Assembly: GCF_006345805.1 (NCBI RefSeq)
Contig: NC_043015.1
Location: forward strand, 4,030,001 to 4,094,000
Direction: 5' to 3'
DNA length: 64,000 nt
From: Octopus sinensis
Taxonomy: Eukaryota
Shown here: positions 1 through 11,100 of the stretch, in pieces
Position numbering within the stretch: position 1 is the stretch's first letter
Layout: the number at the start of each line of letters is the position of its first letter
Position numbers and translations under genes: made by a program
Notes under the pieces: generated by a model
What the model saw: only the letters and a program-made list of their open reading frames with translations
Told to the model about the DNA's origin: nothing
Databases searched by the model: none

Positions 1-41
1 ACACCCATATATGTATATATGTATACTTACATATATATATA

Positions 42-82
<41 letters not shown>

Positions 83-158
83 CATATATGTATACATGTA
101 TACTTACACACATATATATATATACATATATATACCCATATATGTATATATGTATACT

Positions 159-199
<41 letters not shown>

Positions 200-215
200 T
201 TATATGCACATGTAT
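1..215. repeat. (TA)n-rich microsatellite with three copies of a ~30-bp unit (cccatatatgtata[t/c]atgtatacttaca)
   Basis: Unit seen near 4, 81 and 135, separated by TA runs. Confidence 0.85.
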
Positions 216-1500
216 AAACACAGGCGCACATATATGCACATCCATAATTGTGTATGTGATTATACGTACAAATATGTTTGCGTTTGCATATGTATATGTA
301 GATTATACCTTTAAGTTATTTATTTATGTCGTATTGTGAATGGCTATCAAATGCATATCCTATTGAGAAAATGATAATTTGTTTAAAACTATTGCAAATA
401 AGTTTCTGTACATCTTAATGGAAAATGATGATAGAGGACAATAAATTGATATAGATTTTTTTTTTCGAGAGCTTGGAAAGTAGACATTTCTCTGCGATAT
501 GAAACCACTTCAATGACTAGAACTGTGTACGTGGGTTGTGTACTCAACAAGTTTCCGTGTCTGGTGTGAAAGAAACTTGCATGGTTCTAGGCTGTTATGT
601 TCTGCCTTGAAAGCAGCTCTGTGTACATAAAGAAATTCAAGAGGGAGTTTGAGAATCACATGTCCACTGGTGTTTTCCGATCTCGGCTGTCTCAATTCCA
701 TGACGACATTGGAGAATCCTTGTACCGCGGTACTTTCTCCTTTTCTAAGTCGGTTACACTCAATTGCTATTTCTTAATTATGTCACCCCCTTTACATTTT
801 CAAAATACAGGATTCATGTTAATGCTACGTTATATATATTTGCCTATGTAATTCTCTCTCTCCCTCTGTTTCTTCTCTTTCTCTCTCTGACTCTCTCTGT
901 TTCCTATCTCACTCACTGTCTTTCTCTTTCTCTCTACCCACACACACACACACTCTCTCTCCCTCTCTCTGCCACTGTGTATATTTATTATGTTAATTTT
1001 CTCAATCATATGTTAATTGTTTCAGTCATTCATGCTGCAGAACCGCTTTTAGTCAAGCTCTGAACTTATTCTTTGTAAGCCACAGTTTCCAAATCAGTTC
1101 TTTTTTGTTCTTTCTGGTGTTATACTCCACGTGCTACATGATGCCTACTATCCGTTGTATAGGATTTAACTGCCCTTTATAGCGTGTAAAGAATCCTGTC
1201 AAAGGTCTCTTTGTTGTGCCTAAAAAAATTGTCTACACTTCTATATATCCGAAAATATCTTATGTGTTCCCATTTTTATTTAAGCATGCTAATTCCTATT
1301 AATAAATTATTTTAATATATTACCCTCATATGTACGCGAGTTATATATATATATATACATGTTTACTTTATATACACGGACGTATATATACATATGTATA
1401 TACGTATGTATGTATAATTATATTTATATACATACATATATATTTATAAATACATATATTTATGAATATATATATATAATCATATAATCATTTATGATTA

Positions 1501-1626
1501 TAGTATTCTACGCTGAAGAGAAAAGAAGTTTCGGTAAGATAGAATTATTTATTATTTAATATTTAATATTTAGTTCTTATGCTTTCCTTAAAACTTGATT
1601 TCGAAACGTACGTCCGTGGATAACTA
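1501..1626 (+). ncRNA. Type I hammerhead ribozyme motif with long (~80 nt) stem II
   Basis: Stem I tagtattctacg/cgtggataacta; CTGAAGA 1513-1519; stem II gaaa..aagttt/aaactt..tttc; GAAAC 1603-1607; palindromic stem III ACGTACGT; GTC cleavage triplet 1612-1614. Confidence 0.75.
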
Positions 1627-2102
1627 AAAAAATGTATGATAGATTGCAGTCAATTCATTCTCTCTTACCTGTTTGTGTCTGCCTTCCAAATGCTGTTTTT
1701 ACTGAGATCTCCCTTTTTAGTAGAAGAAATAGCTATAACCCTTTGACTGCTATTCTAAATTCGGTATGTGGTAAGGCAACTCGTTGCTAACCCTTATTGC
1801 TAGTATACTTAAATTTTCCTCGAATGAGGCTTTTACATGCCGAAAAGATACTTGGTGTAATGATAAATTTTTCCAAATTAATTAATTTCACCCTTCATTA
1901 TTACGGATAACCATATTTTTATCAGTAGATGACCACAGCATCTTGTTTTGGCTACACGCGGGTGGGAAGGGGCTGTTGACACAATCGTTTCATTCACAAA
2001 TTGAATTCGGTGATACCAGTTGCGGATTCTAGCTCGCTCGATACTGAGTGGAGTTGGTGCCTTCTGGTATCTCAAAATTCAATATATAATCATTTATGAT
2101 TA

Positions 2103-2228
2103 TAGTATTCTACGCTGAAGAGAAAAGAAGTTTCGGTAAGATAGAATTATTTATTATTTAATATTAATATTTAGTTCTTATGCTTTCCTTAAAACTTGAT
2201 TTCCGAAACGTACGTCCGTGGATAACTA
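2103..2228 (+). ncRNA. Type I hammerhead ribozyme motif, second copy of type A
   Basis: CTGAAGA 2115-2121, GAAAC 2205-2209, GTC 2214-2216; one extra C before GAAA relative to copy 1. Confidence 0.68.
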
Positions 2229-2704
2229 AAAAAATGTATGATAGATTGCAGTCAATTCATTCTCTCTTACCTGTTTGTGTCTGCCTTCCAAATGTGTTTT
2301 TACTGAGATCTCCCTTTTTAGTAGAAGAAATAGCTATAACCCTTTGACTGCTATTTCTAAATTCGGTATGTGGTAAGGCAACTCGTTGCTAAACCCTTAT
2401 TGCTTAATAACTTATATATATATATATATATATATATATCACTTGGTGAAATTGATTAATTAATTAATTTTACCCTCAATTGTGAAATTATAATTCATCT
2501 CTCTCTATTTAATGCCTCGGATTTTACCGAAAAAGCATAGTGTTACTGATTTTAACCCACGCTGGTGGAAAGGGGAGAGCGGAAATTCTTCGCTGCATTT
2601 TTGAGTTGTTGGCACTGTTAGTTACGAGTGGATCTTCAGAAGCGATAGGAGGCCGAAGGGTATGCTCCCACTTTCAGTGTTTTCAAATCCAAACCAGGGA
2701 GTTC

Positions 2705-2757
2705 TGAGCTGATGATAGAAATGTCGAGTTTGACTAATCTTGAAACGTACGTTCTCA
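2705..2757 (+). ncRNA. Type I hammerhead motif, type B
   Basis: Stem I tgag/ctca; CTGATGA 2709-2715; stem II aga..gtc/gac..tct; GAAAC-GTAC-GTT 2742-2753. U-U at the base of stem II and a GUU triplet suggest weak activity. Confidence 0.65.
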
Positions 2758-3250
2758 AATAACCTTGCATCTGATTTTTTAATGTCTCTACCCCCCCATA
2801 CTTCCGTGAGTTGAATTGAGCAAACACTATATGAGAGAGGTTTTCTTTAAGTATTAGAAATAGTTTTATAAATGTTTTTTTAGCTGCTATTCTAATGAGT
2901 TCAGTATGCGGCAAAGTAATTTATTTTACTAAGCCCTTTTTATATATGTAATAATTTGAATTCGCCTTAAATGGTCCCTTTGCATACTGAACACTTGGTG
3001 AAATTGATTAATTAATTAATTTTACCCTCAATTGTTGAAATTATAATTCATCTCTCTCTATTTAAATGCCCGGATTTTACCGAAAAAGCATAGTGTTTAC
3101 TGATTTTAACCCAGCTGGTGGAAGGGAGAGCGGAAATTCTTCGCTTGCATTTTTGAGTGTTCACTGTTGTAGTTACGAGTGATCTTCAGAACGATAGGAG
3201 CCGAAGGGTATGCTCCCACTTTCATGTTTTCAAATCCAAACCAGGGGTTC

Positions 3251-3302
3251 TGAGCTGATGATAGAAATGTCGAGTTGACTAATCTTGAAACGTACGTTCT
3301 CA
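3251..3302 (+). ncRNA. Type I hammerhead motif, second copy of type B
   Basis: CTGATGA 3255-3261; GAAACGTACGTT 3287-3298; stem I tgag/ctca. Confidence 0.62.
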
Positions 3303-3576
3303 ATAACCTTTGCATCTGATTTTTTAATGTCTCTACCCCCCCATACTTCCGGAGTTGAATTGAGCAAACATATTGAGCGAGGTTTTCTTTAAGTATTAGA
3401 AATAGGTTTATAATGTTTTTTACTGCTATTTCTAATGAGTTCAGTATGCTGCAAAGTAATTTTTTACTAAGCCCTTTTATATAATGTACTAATGTGAATT
3501 CGCCTTAAATGGTCCCTTTGCATATGAACACTTGGTGAAATTGATTAATTAATAATTTTACCCTCAATTGTTGAAA

Positions 3577-3578
<2 letters not shown>

Positions 3579-3672
<94 letters not shown>

Positions 3673-3977
3673 GCAGAATGGTAGATATTAGATTAGCATT
3701 CAATACATGTCACATGGAAACAACATGTCTCTAGATGGTTATAAAATACTGAATGACTGAATATACCATAGTTCTTAATTCAAGAATTTACAAATATCCT
3801 AGATGTAAACAGTAATTTCTTTTCCATATTCATTGTGACATTTATCATCTACTTTGCAAGTTATGTCGCTATCCAAATTATCATCCATCACAATTTTATT
3901 CGAACTTATCAAAATATATTTTACGATGTTCAGTGTATTTATATGTTTTGTGAGCTGAAGGAAATATGATTCGACAA

Positions 3978-4026
<49 letters not shown>

Positions 4027-4031
4027 ATATA

Positions 4032-4122
<91 letters not shown>

Positions 4123-4136
4123 TATATATTATATAT

Positions 4137-4184
<48 letters not shown>

Positions 4185-4536
4185 TAGTATGTATATATAT
4201 ATATATAATATATATATATATATATGATGGTGAGGTCGTATGCATGCTGGGTTTTGTGAGAGTGCCGAATCTATGCATGCTTGTAACTACATATTGTGAT
4301 GGACTAATCCATTATGACTGGGGACTTAAGCAGTATGGAACATATTTCTGTGTCTGAATGATATTTCCGGCGTACAAATCAATATTGATTCGCGATTATA
4401 TGCTTGTAATTATGTTAAATTGGTAGCAAAGTAGAAATCGTTGCTTTGTTCAATATCAAGGGGCTGGCTGCTGTGTTAGGTCAATTGTACCAACACACAC
4501 ACACGTATATGTATATATATATATATATAATATATA

Positions 4537-4583
<47 letters not shown>

Positions 4584-4721
4584 ATATATATAATATATAT
4601 ATATATATGTATGTATTTTATGTATATATGTATATTATACATATATACATATGTTTATATATTTATGTACATATTTATCTATCTTTCTCCCTCCCCCTCT
4701 CTCTCTATCTATCTGTCTATT

Positions 4722-4770
<49 letters not shown>
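3579..4770. repeat. Cluster of long (TA)n microsatellites (3579-3670, 3985-4225, 4507-4770)
   Basis: Directly visible. Confidence 0.95.
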
Positions 4771-4773
<3 letters not shown>

Positions 4774-5269
4774 GCTTCATTTATGGAGTAAAACATTAAC
4801 ATCCTAAATTAAAATATATTTCAGTTACTTCGGAAATTTATTTCTACAACAAATATAGAAATGAAGAAATTGAAGCGAAAAAATGCTTTTATGGATCCAG
4901 TTCTGAGCATCCACATTTTATAATTCCGTTTTGTAAATTCACATAATCGTGACAAAAATAAAAACAGTTTTCCTTTTATTGTATTTTCATCTTTTGTCTC
5001 TTTACTTATGATTGTGGTAGGAACATTTTGATTTGTGGTAGTGATCTCTTGTTCGATCAAGTGGTAAGCAATACTGGTATTCAACTTTTTTCATTGGTAG
5101 TTGAAGTCCTATAGCTGTGGATGTTGTGGTGGAAGCAGTTGTTATTTAGTCTTTTATGTGACATAGAAGCAGCTGAAAATAAGTGAATTTTCATATGACA
5201 AACATAGAGATTGATATGTAAGTATGGTAAATAACTGCTGGTCCAATCTGTGAAACTCTCCGTCTAAGT

Positions 5270-5420
5270 ACCATAGGGCCCACAGCTTTTTAATATTCTC
5301 CCAGAGTCTGGGGAACTTGCACAAAGTAGATATAGCAGTTTTTAAATCAAAGCTGGACATCTTCCTGTCGAGAGTCCCAGATGAACCTACCTCACGGCAA
5401 GAGGTGCAAATGAGAGTAGG
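5270..5420 (+). mobile_element. CR1-like LINE 3' end fragment
   Basis: Translates to GPQLFNILPESLGNLHKVDIAVFKSKLDIFLSRVPDEP, matching the typical CR1-group ORF2 C-terminus (..LFN.LP..L....FK.KLD.FL..). Confidence 0.7.
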
Positions 5421-5919
5421 TATGTCAAACTTCATTTTTCACCAAGTGCCACATATTAGAGGAGGTTCTTCGTAATAACAGTGTAGCACAAAACGGTAGT
5501 GCATCAGCACTGAGCTGAATCAATAAAACAAAAATCAGTTCCTCAGATATGTTAAAAAAATGTTGTAAGTGTCGATTTACAGTTGCCAAATTTATTTCCA
5601 GTGACAGATATAAATAATAAAGCCGTTGAATATTTATACAAAGGCCTACGTGAATCAAACCCTCTAAATTCTGCTTAGATAACTAAGTTGCAGTAATACA
5701 TAAATGCATAGTGAACCACTTGATGATGTAACTATATTCCATTGTAGAAAATAACTGTTAGGTGTTTAGTGACAATATTTATGGACTGTGATGTAGTACG
5801 AACATAGGACGACACTTCCTTTGAAAATTTATTTATAGATTATTTAGAAATTATGTAGCACTAAAATTTGCAACAAAAATATGTGAGAACTTTCTTCGAA
5901 AATATATCGGACACATTTT

Positions 5920-6005
5920 AGTCCAGCTGGGGGAACACATACGCCATAGAAACTGGGAAACCGAGCCGATGAGCATGGCTACGCTTGAAAAGGGCGCATA
6001 AATAA
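5920..6005 (+). mobile_element. 3' fragment of the SINE family seen at 43070-43310
   Basis: gtccagctgg...acacata.gccat.gaaac.g.gaaacc...aagggcgcat is shared with 43240-43306. Confidence 0.55.
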
Positions 6006-7520
6006 TTAATATACTATTCTACTTTGCATAAATCGTTTGCTATATTGGTACTTTTAGTATTCTAGTATCTCCATATCTTGACACAACAATGGTACCTTTC
6101 TTAATTATAATGGTGTTTTGTAAATTAAAATCAATTTTCTGTGTTCAAAATTTATCCTTAGCTGCAATAGTTTTAGTAAAACATGTCTACTTCTGTAATT
6201 TAGTAGATATAGTAACTTGTCCTGAATGTTCCAAGGGTAGTAATTTGTTCTGTACATTTCCACGTTTTTATTCCTGAGAATGTTATTTCTCTTGCTCGCA
6301 GTTTCCCACGTAATCCCAGTTTTTTCCAGGCTATACTGTTACGTTAATTGATAATGTGTCAATTAATGATTTAAGATTTTACCTCATGGAAAATTACATC
6401 AATGATGTCGGTGGCATATATTAAAAGGCTCCTTGTAGAACTATAATCATTAAAAAGTATGGAACTTTATTATCACCCTCAGATTTGCGAAAAATCACTC
6501 AAATTAATTTTTTTTATTTTGAAACTTCTTTCTGGTCTCAAATACTACGGGAATGTTTTAAATGATATAATTGCATTAATTAATACAGACGACGTAATTA
6601 AACTAATTGCAAATTAACGGTGTCATTGATACTGTTTTCCTTACCTCAATGGTGCCGGTATTAAAAACCGCCTGAAAGTTCTATATTCATAAACAAGTAT
6701 AAACCTATTTTATCATCCTCATATTTTGATACCATAAAATTCCTCGAATTGAGCTCTACCATATAAGCTTAATTAAAGTGTAGTTTGTTTTTAAAATAAA
6801 TCAATTTAATTATACTTAAGTTCTGTTTGTGGTCTTATATTTTTCCATGATATTGTACCTCACAATTTTTTAATACAAGTTTTTGTTGCATGGAACTAAA
6901 ACTATGCATTTCCTCATGATTTCGTGTATCATTGAAACTAACATGATTATATTTTGCTTTTCAAAAAGAAATGATTTAGATCTAAACTTGATTGGAGGCG
7001 TTGCTTAGTCTCCTACAAATCTGCTGCAAATTTTGACCACATTTTTGTAACGTTAAACTGTAGCGAGGGATGAGTCCCCTTCAAAAATATTAACAGTTTT
7101 CTATCTGGTTTAGAACTAAATAAGCGACAAAGCTCTAAAAACGCTGAGATTTAGTAAATTGTGGACATAAAAATATTATTCACCTACTACCATAGATGAA
7201 TGATAACGTTGCAATAGCAATAGATCTAGAAAGGAAAAGACAAAAAGTAATGTTTATTATCATTTGTGACAGACAAAAATCACACCTCGGCCATTGTAGT
7301 AATGAAACTATTCTTAATGTTCTTAGTTATGCTACAGTAGGTACCAGACCTACAAATGTTGTTGTTTTTTCTATCAAGGAGATTCATATAGCTAACACTA
7401 CTATGAAAACTGTCATTGCTACTTCTACCGCCGGCACCATCCCTATCATACTTCCCCCCAAATTGCGTACCAGACCTTAAAGTTAGAATTGTCAGGAGGA
7501 AGAAACAATTCAGTATACCT

Positions 7521-7752
7521 ATTTCTCTACTACCCACAAGGGACAAAAACAAAGAAGGGACAAACAAGAACAAACAAACGGATTAAGTCGATTATATCGA
7601 CCATAATGCGTAACCGGTACTTATTTAATCGACCCCGAAAGGATGAAAGGCAAATTCGACCTCAGCGGCATTTGAACTCAGAAGGTAGCGACAGACGAAA
7701 TACAACTAAGCATTTCGCCCGGCGTGTTAACGCTTCTGCCAGCTCGCTGCCT
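7521..7752 (-). mobile_element. tRNA-derived SINE, family 1 (central cctttcatcctttcggggtcga block)
   Basis: Reverse complement has a gagttcaaat B-box and the conserved central block; homologous to 17365-17586. Confidence 0.85.
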
Positions 7753-10483
7753 TAATTCACTATACCTACTGCAATCCCCAGCATATATATGCATGTGTGT
7801 GAGTGGGTGCTTGTGTGGCTCTTTGTATGCGTCTGTGTGTCTGTGTGTATCCATTAAACATACACTCACACACACACAAACACACATATGCAGACACATG
7901 TATGTAATATGCACAAAGAGTGTATTACCGCATGCGGAATAAAATTAAGGCTTTTACCCTACATATTTTTCGCTCAAAGTGCTAGGCTAGCAGACGATAT
8001 TAAATATAGTTTATATAAGCCGGAGTTTCGTATCTCTGAATGGCTGTCAGCACATACATATTTATCTGTGTTTATGTGTAAGCTTTCTTTTCTCTTACGA
8101 ATATGCATATAGAAAAAGAAAAAGAAAGTTACTGTATATACAATTAGAAACTGTTCAATTTTTCCCTGTAGTTCATTAAATAATAGCTGATTCTTTGAGT
8201 AATAAATCATAATATTGCCCATTGTTGAATGCACCATTACGGAGCTCTTCTGAGACGACAGTCACTATTGTTACGTTTCAATAGGGACAGGTATATTTTG
8301 CCTGTTAGAGAGCATGAAATTAACAGAAAATTTGTCTTTTGCATAGTGATATTAGTCTATCACATAGGTTCTTCATTTGCCTAATTCATTTTAACAGCAT
8401 TGTTGTCGATTGGATGCCGTATTTCAGAACAAATGATACATTTAAATGAATATCTTGTAAACAATAGCATTTGTGTTGCATGCACATAGTTGTTATGCTG
8501 TACATCCAATCGAGATCCTTGGTGTCCGTACATAATAATGAGTTCATCACTGTTTAAGATTATTTATATGCAAGTACTGTGTTTGGCACTTCATAATTCA
8601 TGAGGATTAGCATATATAAGATGTAATATCGTAGTTAATTGTATCATTAGATAACCTATATTCCGTATCAGCTAATACGTTTTGAATTACAACTGAACAT
8701 CTTTAGATCCTTCATTGAATGAATTCCAATCATTCCTAGTTGAGATGCTGCGTAAATCAAAACTACATACTAGGATTTTATAATTTCTACATCTAATTGC
8801 CTATCCCAATAACTGTGAAAGTTGTGTTTATAGAACGAAACAATTCCATTCTCTATAGTAGGTAATGAGAGCAGGTGTAAACTGTCACGAAATATGCTTA
8901 AATGACAGCCAGAATTCCATTAATCTGTATCTCTATAAATTGAAACGTTACGGAAAATCTGTGGGCGATTATTAAAAGAAGGTTTTTATTTAATAACATC
9001 TTGTTCTTACAGAGTTTATCTGGGAAGAAATAGCACAGATAAAATTGCAACAGATTTCATTATATATTAACCCTCAGGTGACCGGAATATAATCACAATT
9101 TATTAGGATGTATATGAAAATTTGCTTTTGTCCCCACAAGATTCCATGTAGTCATTATGGAACTTCAGTGTAACAAACCCGTGTATTAATCCAACGATAT
9201 CATACTAAATATGCATACTGTATATATGAAAGCAATAGCATATACTCTATCTTAAGCTATTTTCTAATGGTCATTGTTTCAAATAACACTGGCACAACTC
9301 ATGCGTTAATCGAGTACATTCTAATGTCGTACATATTTTAATTCTGCAACATACCATTGCACTTCTTCTTACCGCTCCACATAGTATATTTGGACTAACA
9401 TTTACTTATAATTCCACGGAAAAGTTCGTTAATTAGCTTCACTACTTTTCATCTACCGAAGCAAGCGCATATATAGATGCAGACAGTCTGCAAAGGAATT
9501 GGAGTTATTTTCCCACTTTTTAGTTCAAAACATTATTATATGACATTTCTTTCCTCTCAGCCCAATTCTATGATCAAAGATGTTACTGCTGTATCCATCT
9601 CAAATTATATATATATATATATATATACATATATACTCCAGACATCGAGCGGCATTTGTGTGAGATTTTGCTCACTTTACGAGCCATCTCATAGACGGCT
9701 GATCCGTTTGATCATTCAAGGCATTTTATTACTATGCTTTACTGGAAGGCATAATGAGGGATTTAACGAGAGGACGAAGAGTGCATTGGTGAAAGATAAC
9801 ATCATTCGTTATGCTAGTTTGACATTGTCACATGAGTAATTGGCTGGCTCTCACCAATATATTGCCTACTTGACGTTTACAGTTTGTTATTATCTATATA
9901 CGATCGTTCCTAGCTGCAGTTTTCTTACAGGCTGAAAGAGATTAATGATATTGAAACAGTTAAAAAAAAGTATATCCATAGGAAATCGAAGTTATATTAC
10001 TCTCTATGGATAGCCCTGTTATATAACCCGGTTCTATACATTTCTCCTTGAAGCTATAATTTTCAGCGATATTGTATGAATTCGTCTGGAATGATATTGC
10101 GCTATATAAATAAGCCTACCGAGTAAGACTTAGTTAACCGAGTTTTCGAATAAGGACGAATTACATCGAGACCCCAGCAAATATATACGGGTTGATCAGG
10201 CCAAATTTGACCGTTTTAATAATTCTCATACAATTTTACTAAAGTTCGGAGGCTGAATTAGGGGGAAGGGGCTATCTTTTCGCAAAGGCAGATAACTGGC
10301 TTTTTCACTTTCTCTCTCGTTTCCCTTTTCTCGGTGTCATGACTTTATTTTCATGAACCAATCTCAATATTTAGTCCCAGTGCGAACCTGAGTGGATACC
10401 ATGGGAATGACGAATGTATTTGCAGTGAAATGAGTAGAATCTTTGTGGACGTCTGTCACATGCCAATTCTGTGTGCACACACA

Positions 10484-10519
<36 letters not shown>

Positions 10520-10640
10520 CACACTCACACACATACATACACACACACATATATATATATATATTATATATATATATTATATATATATATATAGGCATAC
10601 AGACACACACACACACCACACACACAACACATATATATAT

Positions 10641-10696
<56 letters not shown>

Positions 10697-10705
<9 letters not shown>

Positions 10706-10745
10706 GCGATGAATCCCGATGTTACCTGGGGTTAAGACCTACATC
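10697..10745 (-). mobile_element. Probable Helitron 3' terminus
   Basis: Minus strand reads cccaggtaacatcggg (imperfect hairpin) then attcatcg CTAG t, the same architecture as 35257-35284. Confidence 0.4.
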
Positions 10746-10899
10746 CACATTGTCTTATTTCCGTCTTTCTTATGGGTAGAATCGGTGCACTAGGAGAGTG
10801 AAGGAAACAACTCTTCTTTATTAAGAAGTTTTTCAGCCATTTTGCGGGAAAGAATTGTCGAGACAGAAAACAATGTAGTGTAGCAGCTTAGATTAGAGT

Positions 10900-11100
10900 G
10901 AAATCCTAACATTGCCCCCAAAATGAGCAAGACGTACGGATGTAAGGAATTAGATAACGACTGAGAATATGGGAGTATTCGTAGCGCAGAATTAAGCTAT
11001 ATGGAAGGAATACTGCTTCATTTTGAAAAGAACCATCTCTATAATATTTGGGCAGACTACACACTTCAACATATGTTAAGCGAATCCAACAATGCATCTG
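10900..11100 (-). pseudogene. Highly degraded Tc1/mariner-like transposase relic
   Basis: Weak echoes of WFQQDGA (GSFQNEA) and LTPxDFFLWG (LTS...FWG) in the expected order, frameshifted. Confidence 0.25.

Larger units (their letters stand above)
1483..3578 (+). mobile_element. Head-to-tail array of four hammerhead-bearing units (two type A, two type B), Penelope-pLTR/retrozyme-like
   Basis: 1483-1801 is repeated at 2083-2403; 2441-2990 is repeated at 2991-3528 with a partial third copy to 3578. GAAACGTACGT occurs at 1603, 2205, 2742 and 3287. Types A and B share a ctgctatt...cttggtg block about 145 bp after the motif. The array is flanked by (TA)n. Confidence 0.7.

Noticed and set aside
510-780. 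Moderately GC-rich stretch vaguely like an L1/Tx1 ORF2 3' end
   Set aside because: No diagnostic motif could be aligned with confidence.
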